Assembly (NCBI GenBank): GCA_034189535.1
Contig: JAXHUQ010000003.1
Coordinates: 1 to 40,841 of the forward strand
Length of the DNA: 40,841 nt
Direction of reading: 5' to 3'
DNA from: Halobacteriota archaeon
GTDB taxonomy: Archaea > Halobacteriota > Syntropharchaeia > DAOWMC01
Shown piece after piece: positions 18,373-26,677 of this stretch. The position numbers and the translations under genes are program-made. How positions within the stretch are numbered: position 1 is the stretch's first letter; the number at the start of each line of letters is the position of its first letter. The notes under the pieces were generated by a model. It saw nothing but the letters and a program-made list of their open reading frames with translations. It made no database searches and was not told the origin of the DNA.

Positions 18373-19566
18373 ATGAAAATAGCATATCATGTTGTACATT
18401 TTCCGTATGCTGACACATCTAGTCTTACTTATTCAGAATATGGTAAGAATTATCTTCATGGCGGAGCAGGCGTAGCAACGTATCATTTGGCACTAAATAT
18501 TGCAGAAAGAGGTCATGAAGTAGGGGTTTTTACTACTTCCACAATAGGTTCGAAAGAAAATTTTGAAAAATATGAGAACATAAATATTCATCGATATAAA
18601 ACAAACTTTAAAATAGGTGTAGGAAATATATCGATTAATTCATTCCGTGAACCATGGAAATATAAATTTGATGTTGTTCATGCACATTCAGGGAGCGTCT
18701 CTATTGCAGGTCTCACAGGTATTCAACATGCTAAAAAAAGGAACATACCGCTTGTACTTACATATCATGCCGACGCTCCAGAAAATTATGGTGGTTTTGT
18801 TAGAAGGATGGGTGTTTCCTTTTTTAACAAATACCTTATTGACCGAGTCCTTTCGTATGCAGAAGTCATAGTGTGTCCTTCCGAGTACTTTATAGATGAA
18901 TCAAGATTTTTAAAAGGGTATAAAGATAAAATTGTCACTATTCCTAACGGAGTGAAAATTAATAATTTTGATATCCCTTATTCAAAGAATGATTGTAGAA
19001 AAAAATTAGGTTTCGCACCTGACGAAAATATTGTTTTGTTTGTTGGTACCCTTGTTGACTATAAATGTCCTGATGTTTTAATCAAGGCGTTGACAAAAGT
19101 TGTAAAGAAAATTCCAAACGTAAAACTTGTTTTTGTTGGGGATGGAAAGATTAGAAACGATCTTGAATTATTGTCTAAGAAATTAATGGTTGACGACCAT
19201 ATCAAATTTGTTGGTTTTGTAGGGGATGTTTTTGAAAAGGCTTTATATTATAAATCTGCAGATGTTTTTGTACTTCCTTCTTTCGCAGAAGTTTTCCCAT
19301 TAGTGCTTTTAGAGGCTTCTGCTTCTAGTCTCCCGATGGTTGTTAGTGATTTGAAGACTCTTCAATGCATTATCGAAGATGGATTTAACGGTATTGTTGT
19401 AAAAAAAGGCAATGAAATAAGTCTTGCAGATGCCTTAATTCACATATTAGAAAACGAAGATACACGAGTGTTGATGGGAAAAAATGCAAGAAAAAAAGTT
19501 GAAAAATTTTCATGGGACGAAATTGCACAGAAGACTGAGAAAATTTATTATGAGGTGACCTCTTGA
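18373..19566 (+). CDS. GT4 glycosyltransferase
   Basis: IPNGV, LFVGTL and DVFVLPSFAEVFPLVLLEA. Confidence 0.92.
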   Translation: MKIAYHVVHFPYADTSSLTYSEYGKNYLHGGAGVATYHLALNIAERGHEVGVFTTSTIGSKENFEKYENINIHRYKTNFKIGVGNISINSFREPWKYKFDVVHAHSGSVSIAGLTGIQHAKKRNIPLVLTYHADAPENYGGFVRRMGVSFFNKYLIDRVLSYAEVIVCPSEYFIDESRFLKGYKDKIVTIPNGVKINNFDIPYSKNDCRKKLGFAPDENIVLFVGTLVDYKCPDVLIKALTKVVKKIPNVKLVFVGDGKIRNDLELLSKKLMVDDHIKFVGFVGDVFEKALYYKSADVFVLPSFAEVFPLVLLEASASSLPMVVSDLKTLQCIIEDGFNGIVVKKGNEISLADALIHILENEDTRVLMGKNARKKVEKFSWDEIAQKTEKIYYEVTS

Positions 19567-19578
19567 AGACTTTTTACG

Positions 19579-21777
19579 TTGGGTGGTATGCAAGTGTATA
19601 TTGAGCGGAGTTTTAATATAGAAAAAAAGACTTCTTCCTTGGTTTTTTTGTTGGTCTTATTTTCATTCATAACCATGGCCAAAGATCTGTTTCCTTTTCG
19701 ACCCGTTTTAGGGGTGATAGTATATTGTTTTCTATTTGGTTTTTTGTTTCTCTCGCTCTTGGATATTGAGGGAATCAATCTCACCAAAAAAATTATTTAT
19801 TCTTTGGGACTTAGCATATCATTTCTAATGCTTTTTGGGTATATAATTGATCAGATCTACTATTTCCTTGGGTATAAGACTCCACTCTCTACAATATCTC
19901 TATCTTTCAGCTTTAGTATTATTTTACTCGCAATGATCACTATATTGTATTATAAAAAAAATATTGGTTTAACCTCGCCTTCATTTAAATTTTGTCTAAC
20001 TGCTATTGAGAAAGCCCTATTATCTTTCTCATTTCTCCTTCCAGCAATTAGCATATATGGTATATGGGTTATGAACACTTTGAATGATAATATTTTTATT
20101 ATGCTATTATATTCCATGATTGCGTTATTGGTCGTGATTATTACACTGCTTAACGAGCGAATTCCAGAAAGATTGTACCCTTTGATAATCTACTCAATTA
20201 GCCTTTCTCTTGTTCTACCTTTCGCTCTACGGTCTAACTATATTATGGGTGATGATGTACACTATTCATTTTATTTATTTAAAAACACCTATGCGAATAT
20301 GCACTGGACCGTTCTTGAACCTTCACCATTATCAGCTTGTTTGAGTGTTACATTATTACCAACTATTTTTAAATCTTTGTTAAATATCGAGGACCAGTAT
20401 GTTTTCAAGTTATTATATCCTTTACTATTTTCTTTTGTCCCTTTAGTTGTTTACGAGTTATCCAAAAACCACATTAGAGTAGATTATGCGTTTCTCGCAT
20501 CTTTCTTTTTTATGTCACAACAAGTCTTTTTATGGGCTTTATATCAGGCACGAACCGCTATTGCCATTTTTTTCTTTGCACTTTCAATTCTCGTTATTTT
20601 TGATAGTCAAATTGATGACATGAAGAAAAAAGTTTTATTTTTTATCTTTCTGTTTTCGGTGATAATCTCACATTACTCTACTACTTATATTTATCATTTC
20701 ATCTTAATTACTGTAGTTACTATATCATATGCATTAAATAGAACGCACAACTCCACAATTAAACTGATTAAAAAAAGAATATCTTTAACAACTTTACTCC
20801 TTTTCTCCGTCGCAACGTTTCTATGGTTTGGTCAGATTACTACAAGTGGTTTTACAAGCGGCACAAGGTTTGTCTTTGACACAATCAGAGAATTAAATAG
20901 TATCTTCCTTATCGAGTCTAGATCTCAAAGTGTTCAAACTTTTTTTGGGTACCAAATTATACAAAGGGGTATTCCTTATGTGATAGAACTTGTCCTAACA
21001 TGGGTAATACTAATAACTATTGTAATTGGATTCTTATATATTCTTAAGCATTTTATACAGGGCAGTCTCAACTCAAATAAACAAGGAAAAAAAATTATTA
21101 ATGGGGTAATCAGCACGGAATATTTTGCCTTAGTATTTGGTTGCGTTGGTTTACTTTTCCTCTTCGTTACACTACCATTTGTTTCGGAAGGTTATGGAAT
21201 GACTAGAATTTTTTCTCAAGTTAGTGTCATTTTGTCAACTGTTTTCATATTCGGGACACTAGTATTGTCAGAAAAAATAAAGGTTAAACCCATAATACTC
21301 ATGATGCTGATAATATTACCCAACTTTCTAAGTATTACAGGAGTTACTTACCAAGTTTTTGGAGATCCCCGTCAAATTGTATTAAATTCTGAGGGGGATC
21401 TCTATGATACTTATTACATTTATGATACCGAATATGCTTCTGGGCAATGGTATGGCTTATATTCATCATATGATACAAAAGTATATACGGATTCTTCTGG
21501 CGCCGAGATCTCTTCTGCCATTGGTAGCAGAATCAGATCGGGACCTATAGGAGACAATGAAAAATATTTGACATACTATTTTAAAATTTTGCCTTTCTCA
21601 GAGGATGCATTTGAACACTTGGATGGTTACGTCTATCTACGATATGTTAATGTTATATCAAAAAAATTCGAAATCAAAAAAATTGGATACGAGGATTTTT
21701 CGAGTAACTATTCTAAGCTTCAGGTAAATTCAGATAAAATATACGCCAACGGCGGCAGCGAAATCTATTATAGGTAG
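19579..21777 (+). CDS. Large polytopic membrane protein, DUF2206-like (GT-C-like)
   Basis: Many TM helices; GDDVH, ACLSVTLLP, SHYST and KIYANGGSEIY motifs. Confidence 0.75.
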   Translation: MGGMQVYIERSFNIEKKTSSLVFLLVLFSFITMAKDLFPFRPVLGVIVYCFLFGFLFLSLLDIEGINLTKKIIYSLGLSISFLMLFGYIIDQIYYFLGYKTPLSTISLSFSFSIILLAMITILYYKKNIGLTSPSFKFCLTAIEKALLSFSFLLPAISIYGIWVMNTLNDNIFIMLLYSMIALLVVIITLLNERIPERLYPLIIYSISLSLVLPFALRSNYIMGDDVHYSFYLFKNTYANMHWTVLEPSPLSACLSVTLLPTIFKSLLNIEDQYVFKLLYPLLFSFVPLVVYELSKNHIRVDYAFLASFFFMSQQVFLWALYQARTAIAIFFFALSILVIFDSQIDDMKKKVLFFIFLFSVIISHYSTTYIYHFILITVVTISYALNRTHNSTIKLIKKRISLTTLLLFSVATFLWFGQITTSGFTSGTRFVFDTIRELNSIFLIESRSQSVQTFFGYQIIQRGIPYVIELVLTWVILITIVIGFLYILKHFIQGSLNSNKQGKKIINGVISTEYFALVFGCVGLLFLFVTLPFVSEGYGMTRIFSQVSVILSTVFIFGTLVLSEKIKVKPIILMMLIILPNFLSITGVTYQVFGDPRQIVLNSEGDLYDTYYIYDTEYASGQWYGLYSSYDTKVYTDSSGAEISSAIGSRIRSGPIGDNEKYLTYYFKILPFSEDAFEHLDGYVYLRYVNVISKKFEIKKIGYEDFSSNYSKLQVNSDKIYANGGSEIYYR

Positions 21778-21790
21778 TTGATCGGTATCC

Positions 21791-23065
21791 TTACCCTTGA
21801 CCATTATCCATATTACTCATTACCCAACCCATCCCAACTCCACTTGCTATGGCCACGTTACCAATAATCCAAGAATATCCTACTCCAATTATACCCATAC
21901 TTTGCATCAACAGGTAACTTGCCACCAGAGTTATAATTGCAACCCCCCCATAGACATAGATCACAGGCATCACCTCTTTTTGAACTCGTTTTGTCGTTAC
22001 ATAAATTACATTAATCGCAAAAGGTATGCTTCCCAAAGCAAGAACTAGTAACAACTCGTATGAATTCGTTGCATACTCTTCACCGAAGAATCCCAGGATA
22101 TTTCTTCCAAACAAAAATATTCCAATTATTGCTGGCCCAAGTAACAGAAATATGAATTTTAATGCCCTTTTAGTATTGGCACTTAGAGTCTCTTCATTAT
22201 GAGATCCTTCAGCAAGCAAGGAGATAGTAGTCCATCTTGGGATTGTGAGTAACAACATGGAAATTTGCCAAGACATAAAGAAATATGCATTCATTTCCGC
22301 CCCTAAAACATTTATCACCATAATGGGTAACACAAAAACGGGAAGATATTCGAATATTTTTGCAAAATAATTACCAAATGAAAAATGAAAAATATCTTTG
22401 ATAATCTCTATATTTACTGTTGGAATCGGTTTATATGGGAAAATCCTTGATGCTAAAAAGATTCCGAACCCAAAAGCAAGAATTGGAGTTAATCCATACG
22501 GGGCATAAATCCCCAATTCTCCGAATGTTACCAGGAAAGGAATGATTCCCAACCTTGCAAGCGTTACAAGTGTTTGAAATAATGAATATTCAGTTCTTCT
22601 AAATCCGGCAAAAACACCCTGACTTAGCAAACCAGGCAAAGATGTGGTAGCTGAAAAAAATACAAAAAAGAATAAGAAAAATTTATTTTCCCTTATGACG
22701 CTCAATGAAGGCGACCATATGTTTATCCCTGCTACAAATATTAAAGTCAGTATAAGCGATATTATAAATGATATTGTGAGGCACGTGTTAATCAGTTCGG
22801 ATTTATCTTCTCTTTCCGGTAAGAATCTAACAAGTGCAATGTCAAACCCTAATACCGAGAAAATTGAAATTAAACCCATTGCAGAGATAATCGCAGAAGC
22901 AAGTCCTACATCTTCAGTGGAGTAAAATCTTGCAGCGATGATCCAGAAGAAAAAACCAGAACCAGCATTGGTCAAGGATGACATCATCAAAAATATCGAG
23001 TTCCTATACAACGGATCCCTCAAATGCCCCTTCAGCTCTTTTATGCTTGGTATTTTCAGTTTCAT
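21791..23065 (-). CDS. Oligosaccharide flippase (Wzx/MOP family)
   Basis: LYRNSIFL, GFFFWIIAARFY and VRFLP; about 12 TM helices. Confidence 0.88.
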   Translation of the reverse strand: MKLKIPSIKELKGHLRDPLYRNSIFLMMSSLTNAGSGFFFWIIAARFYSTEDVGLASAIISAMGLISIFSVLGFDIALVRFLPEREDKSELINTCLTISFIISLILTLIFVAGINIWSPSLSVIRENKFFLFFFVFFSATTSLPGLLSQGVFAGFRRTEYSLFQTLVTLARLGIIPFLVTFGELGIYAPYGLTPILAFGFGIFLASRIFPYKPIPTVNIEIIKDIFHFSFGNYFAKIFEYLPVFVLPIMVINVLGAEMNAYFFMSWQISMLLLTIPRWTTISLLAEGSHNEETLSANTKRALKFIFLLLGPAIIGIFLFGRNILGFFGEEYATNSYELLLVLALGSIPFAINVIYVTTKRVQKEVMPVIYVYGGVAIITLVASYLLMQSMGIIGVGYSWIIGNVAIASGVGMGWVMSNMDNGQG

Positions 23066-23073
23066 ATTGATAT
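22987..23073 (-). repeat. Flippase 5' end, copy 1 (in use)
   Basis: MKLKIPSIKELKGHLRDPLYRNSIFL plus upstream ATATCAAT. Confidence 0.95.
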
Positions 23074-23205
23074 TCCGTAAAGCGTAATCAATGATTCGTA
23101 ATGCGTGATCAGTGATTAGTAAAGTGTAAAGCGTGATCAGTAAAACGGGATGTGTTACCCATTACCCTTCACGCATAACTCATTACCCGTTTCACCCATC
23201 ACCTG
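23074..23205. repeat. Inverted heptamer array 1 (long imperfect hairpin)
   Basis: About 10-11 units NNNGTRA (tccgtaa agcgtaa tcaatga ttcgtaa tgcgtga...), spacer tgtg, then about 7 units TYACNNN (ttaccca ttaccct tcacgca taactca...). Confidence 0.9.
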
Positions 23206-23565
23206 TTAATGTTTTCCCTTTTGATGCTTTATCAGGCCGAGTAACATTCTTCTTATTCTTTCAATGCTTCCGTTCATGTCCTCGGTTTCCAGGAACCCTA
23301 ATTCTTTCGATAATTGCAACTGTGTTTCTAATTCGGCAAGAGAGCCCAACGATACATAAAGGAATTGAATGAATTCCTTGTTTGAATTTCTCGCTGCACC
23401 TTCAGCTATATTACTCGGAATTGATACTGATGCCCGTCTTATTTGAGATACCAATCCATAAGTCTCTTCTTTGGGGAACTCTGCTGTTACTATGTATATC
23501 TCTTTTGCCAGGGCCATTGCCTCTTTCCAAACATCAAGATCCTTGTGTGTTTTAATTCCACTCAT
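23206..23565 (-). CDS. Four-helix-bundle protein (23S rRNA IVP-like family)
   Basis: HKDLDVWK, FPKEETYGLVSQIRRASVSIPSNIAEG and GSLAELETQL. Confidence 0.93.
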   Translation of the reverse strand: MSGIKTHKDLDVWKEAMALAKEIYIVTAEFPKEETYGLVSQIRRASVSIPSNIAEGAARNSNKEFIQFLYVSLGSLAELETQLQLSKELGFLETEDMNGSIERIRRMLLGLIKHQKGKH

Positions 23566-23617
23566 AACTCATTACTCTTCACGCATTACCCATTACTCGT
23601 TACTCATTCATCACTTA
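23565..23617. repeat. Direct heptamer array upstream of the four-helix-bundle gene
   Basis: taactca ttactct tcacgca ttaccca ttactcg ttactca ... tcactta. Confidence 0.88.
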
Positions 23618-23842
23618 TATCTTTTCAATGATGGATAGGTATTCATCCCTTGTCATACCAACTGTTTTCATATTATTTCTTATGATGGTGACAGGAACTT
23701 CATCGTACTTTGGAATGACTACGGCTCTTTTTGCGTTTTGGTGATGGAATATCATATGGTCCCCTTTCTGCCTTACGAATTTGCAACCATATTTCTCGAA
23801 GATTTTAACCTGTGTTTTCCAGTTTGTGGGTTTGATCTTCAT
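23615..23842 (-). CDS. hicA: HicA-family toxin
   Basis: YGCKFVRQKGDHMIF and VVIP motifs. Confidence 0.88.
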   Translation of the reverse strand: MKIKPTNWKTQVKIFEKYGCKFVRQKGDHMIFHHQNAKRAVVIPKYDEVPVTIIRNNMKTVGMTRDEYLSIIEKI

Positions 23843-24120
23843 TACAGAACTCCAACCGAGATCGATAGCTCCTCAAATCCCACTATCTTCTTCTCAGTTT
23901 TAAGCACCCCATCCTCTAAAACATAACCAGCTTCTGCCAAAAAATCTTTCAATGTGCCAAGTTTGGCTGTCTCTTCAAATTGTATTTGAATAACCTCTTC
24001 CAGATTCTTTTTTGCCTCTTCGTGTGTGTGACCACAACTTGCGATATCCAATTCCGGACAGTAGGCAGTAAACATCCCTCCCTCCTTCCATATCTCAACC
24101 GTGGCAATTATATTTTTCAT
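23842..24120 (-). CDS. hicB: HicB-family antitoxin
   Basis: AYCPELDIASCGHTHEEAKKNLEE; TAATG coupling to hicA. Confidence 0.88.
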   Translation of the reverse strand: MKNIIATVEIWKEGGMFTAYCPELDIASCGHTHEEAKKNLEEVIQIQFEETAKLGTLKDFLAEAGYVLEDGVLKTEKKIVGFEELSISVGVL

Positions 24121-24184
24121 CGGATATCCCTCACACTTTATTAGTAAAGATACTATATTGTAACTTTCGCATCATCTATTTGTC

Positions 24185-24271
24185 TCAAAAATATCGAGTT
24201 CTTATACAAAGGATCCCTCAAATGCATCCTCAGCTCGTTTATGCTTGGTATTTTTAGTTTCATATTGATAT
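24185..24271 (-). repeat. Flippase 5' end, stranded copy 2
   Basis: MKLKIPSINELRMHLRDPLYKNSIFL then unrelated RQIDDAKVTI*; same upstream ATATCAAT as copy 1. Confidence 0.95.
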
Positions 24272-24365
24272 TCCGTGATGCGTAATCCGTAAACCGTGAT
24301 CGTTGATGCATAATGTGTTACCCATTACTCGTCACCCATAACTCATTACCAATTACTTGTTATCC
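24272..24365. repeat. Inverted heptamer array 2
   Basis: tccgtga tgcgtaa tccgtaa accgtga tcgttga tgcataa tgtg ttaccca ttactcg tcaccca taactca ttaccaa ttacttg. Confidence 0.9.
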
Positions 24366-24366
24366 T

Positions 24367-24624
24367 TTACTTATAAGCTCTCCTTCTAGGTAAAATAGCA
24401 TAAATTACAATAACATAACCCTCTTGAAGTTCAAAAAGAACCCGATATTCTCGCACCCTCAAACGATAATGGTTCTTATATCCTTTTAACTTCCTTATAT
24501 CAAGCTCAGGAGAAAAACCGCTCTTAAGTTTGGTTATCTTGTCCTTTATCACACCACTTATGCTTGGATCTAAACCGTCTAACTGTTTTTGCGCCTTTCT
24601 TTCGAGAAATACCTTATATTTCAT
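24367..24624 (-). CDS. RelE/ParE-family toxin
   Basis: DIRKLKGYKNHYRLRVREYRVLF and PRRRAY. Confidence 0.9.
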   Translation of the reverse strand: MKYKVFLERKAQKQLDGLDPSISGVIKDKITKLKSGFSPELDIRKLKGYKNHYRLRVREYRVLFELQEGYVIVIYAILPRRRAYK

Positions 24625-24778
24625 TCAGTTCAATCTTTTTATTGCTCTTTCTATCTTCGTAATCCTCTATTTCTTTAATTTCATCTTCTTCAGGCTCTTC
24701 TATACCTATCAATCTTGAATCGATTATCCCTTCAATCTTCTCAAGCATAAGTTTTATCTCGGTTACTTCTTTACTCAT
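24614..24778 (-). CDS. Putative antitoxin, 54 aa (not in the ORF track)
   Basis: MSKEVTEIKLMLEKIEGIIDSRLIGIEEPEEDEIKEIEDYEDRKSNKKIELNEI*; acidic, GGTGA RBS, overlaps relE start. Confidence 0.8.
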   Translation of the reverse strand: MSKEVTEIKLMLEKIEGIIDSRLIGIEEPEEDEIKEIEDYEDRKSNKKIELNEI

Positions 24779-24817
24779 TTCACCCATATTTATACCAAAT
24801 ATTACATTAGGTTGTTT

Positions 24818-24832
24818 GTATTTAACCTTTTA
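24818..24832 (-). promoter_or_regulatory. BRE/TATA promoter of the RelBE cassette
   Basis: AAAAGGTTAAATA on the minus strand, about 40 bp before the antitoxin ATG. Confidence 0.6.
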
Positions 24833-24858
24833 TCTCAAGATCGTTACTTGCTTTATTT

Positions 24859-24902
24859 AAATGCCCCCTAATCTCTTTTATGCTTGGTATTTTTAGTTTC
24901 AT
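24859..24902 (-). repeat. Flippase 5' end, stranded copy 3
   Basis: MKLKIPSIKEIRGHL then unrelated NKASNDLEIKG*; GGGGAG RBS upstream. Confidence 0.92.
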
Positions 24903-24916
24903 TTCTCCCCAACAGA

Positions 24917-25162
24917 TCAGATCTTCTTTTTACGGTAGAAAAGGTCAATATACTCCTCATTTGTGAGGCCTGCTCTTGTAATGAGCTTCTTAAGAAGCCC
25001 TACACCAAGTGTTTTACCTTTGTGCACTGGTATGGACAGGTGAATATCACAATCTTCTTTCACCAGGATATAATAACTCCCTTCAACATGGTTCACTTTT
25101 TAACCTTCTTTTTTAAAAGTGGCGATATGTTTATCCCCACTCGCCCTTGGGAGTTTAGGCAT
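24917..25162 (-). pseudogene. hicA: HicA toxin pseudogene
   Basis: MPKLPRASGDKHIATFKKEG*KVNHVEGSYYIL...SIPVHKGKTLGVGLLKKLI; in-frame TAA at 25100-25102 and GSH motif changed to GSY. Confidence 0.85.
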
Positions 25163-25180
25163 GTGTTGTTCCGGTGATAT

Positions 25181-25393
25181 CTACTGATATGTCGAGTTTA
25201 TGCTGAAAGGAGGGGATTTTAGATGTTCTCCTACTTCCCTCAGCCTTGATCTTAAACAACCGACAATCGCTTCGTTTATATTCTCGATCGCCTCTTCAAG
25301 ATTTTCTCCTTCTGAAAGACAGCCCGGAAGGTCGGCGCATTCGACCACATACCGCCCATCTTCATCGATCTCAATTGTGATACGAAATTCCAT
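25181..25393 (-). CDS. hicB: HicB-family antitoxin (short)
   Basis: EDGRYVVECADLPGCLSEGENLEEAIENINEAI. Confidence 0.88.
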   Translation of the reverse strand: MEFRITIEIDEDGRYVVECADLPGCLSEGENLEEAIENINEAIVGCLRSRLREVGEHLKSPPFSINSTYQ

Positions 25394-26001
25394 ACTTTAC
25401 CTTTTTTTGTTACATAGTCATAATGCTTTTCGCACTATAAATCATCTCAATCAAATTTAAACCCTTCTTTTCGCCGCAAGGCAGAGATGGCCTATGGCAT
25501 AGCCATGGGTCGTAGACTGGACCGAGGAGCAAGATAGATATAACGTGCCGGAGTCCAAAGTGTAAATATTTCCTGAAGTAGAATGGGAAGGACATTATTA
25601 AGAACGGTAAGAATCGTTCAGGCCATCAAAGATTTTTCTGCTTCAGATGTAACACATATTTTGTCGAGATATCGGATACAATACACCACTCTATCGAAAG
25701 CAATTATCCGAAAGTGAAATAACCAACATATCTGGAATTGGAATGATTTTTCACAAAGTACCCTCAAATTATGATAATTTGTTATACAGGTGGTGAATGT
25801 AAATCTTTTGAAATGAGTTCATGGCTAAATAACATGGCGATAGCCTCTTTTTTAAGATCCTGTTTTTAGCATTTTGATCTCCGAAACGTTTATGCTGTTT
25901 TGTTGACATATAGTAATTAGAAGTATACAACCAATGGTTGTTTAAACCATTGATCATACTTTCTGTCGATTCACTCGTTAGCCCCGATAGGGTGTGTTGT
26001 A

Positions 26002-26670
26002 ATGAGAAGGAGAACGTCCGATCTTGATATACTGCTCAAAATAGTTGAGAACCCAATAAGGCGCAAGATCCTTAATAAGTTGACAAAGGAGGCTCACTAT
26101 CCTTTGCAGCTATCAAAGGAGCTTAAAATTAGCCAGCAGGCCATTGCCAAGCACCTCAAGGCTCTGGAAGAGGCGGGGATCGTTGAATCTTATGAAGAAG
26201 GAAGTACGTCTGGACCTCCCCGGACATACTATACTTCTAAGAAGCAATTTTGTATTCACATCGATGTTGGGCCCAGTCTATTCGATGTAGGATTGCGAAC
26301 TTTCGATGGGCTCATTGAGAAAGGTTCTTCCAAGTTAGGGGAGCTTGAGTGCGAATACAATCGCATCAAGAGATCCAAGACCTCGCTAAATCGTTTGAAT
26401 GAATTATCAACTCTTTTGAAGAACGTGAACGAGTCTATCCACGATATAGAGGAACAGCGCTTATCCCTTTACCAGGCAAAGCAGAAGCTATTGGTAGAAG
26501 CTCACGATATTATAAGAAGACTTGATGATTATCAGCAGCGCAGCGTACTTTATGAGATAATCGGGGGAAGAGACCAGACGGTCCGTGAAGTATCAAAAGA
26601 GGTCGACCTCAGAGAGGAGATCGTTGAAAAAATATTAAAGGGTTTATCAGACGATGACCTTCTTGTTTGA
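26002..26670 (+). CDS. ArsR-family archaeal transcriptional regulator with coiled coil
   Basis: NPIRRKIL, YPLQLSKELKISQQAIAKHL and GPPRTYY. Confidence 0.85.
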   Translation: MRRRTSDLDILLKIVENPIRRKILNKLTKEAHYPLQLSKELKISQQAIAKHLKALEEAGIVESYEEGSTSGPPRTYYTSKKQFCIHIDVGPSLFDVGLRTFDGLIEKGSSKLGELECEYNRIKRSKTSLNRLNELSTLLKNVNESIHDIEEQRLSLYQAKQKLLVEAHDIIRRLDDYQQRSVLYEIIGGRDQTVREVSKEVDLREEIVEKILKGLSDDDLLV

Positions 26671-26677
26671 AGTTTCA

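Noticed and set aside
23074-24365. CRISPR array
   Set aside because: Units are 7-nt degenerate tandem repeats without unique spacers; no cas genes.
13890-25393. Classical integron
   Set aside because: No tyrosine recombinase in the window, and the separators are coding-gene termini rather than attC sites with RYYYAAC/GTTRRRY ends.
25410-25957. Short minus-strand ORFs of 61 and 62 aa
   Set aside because: No recognisable motif or RBS; the region may be decayed DNA that I cannot assign.
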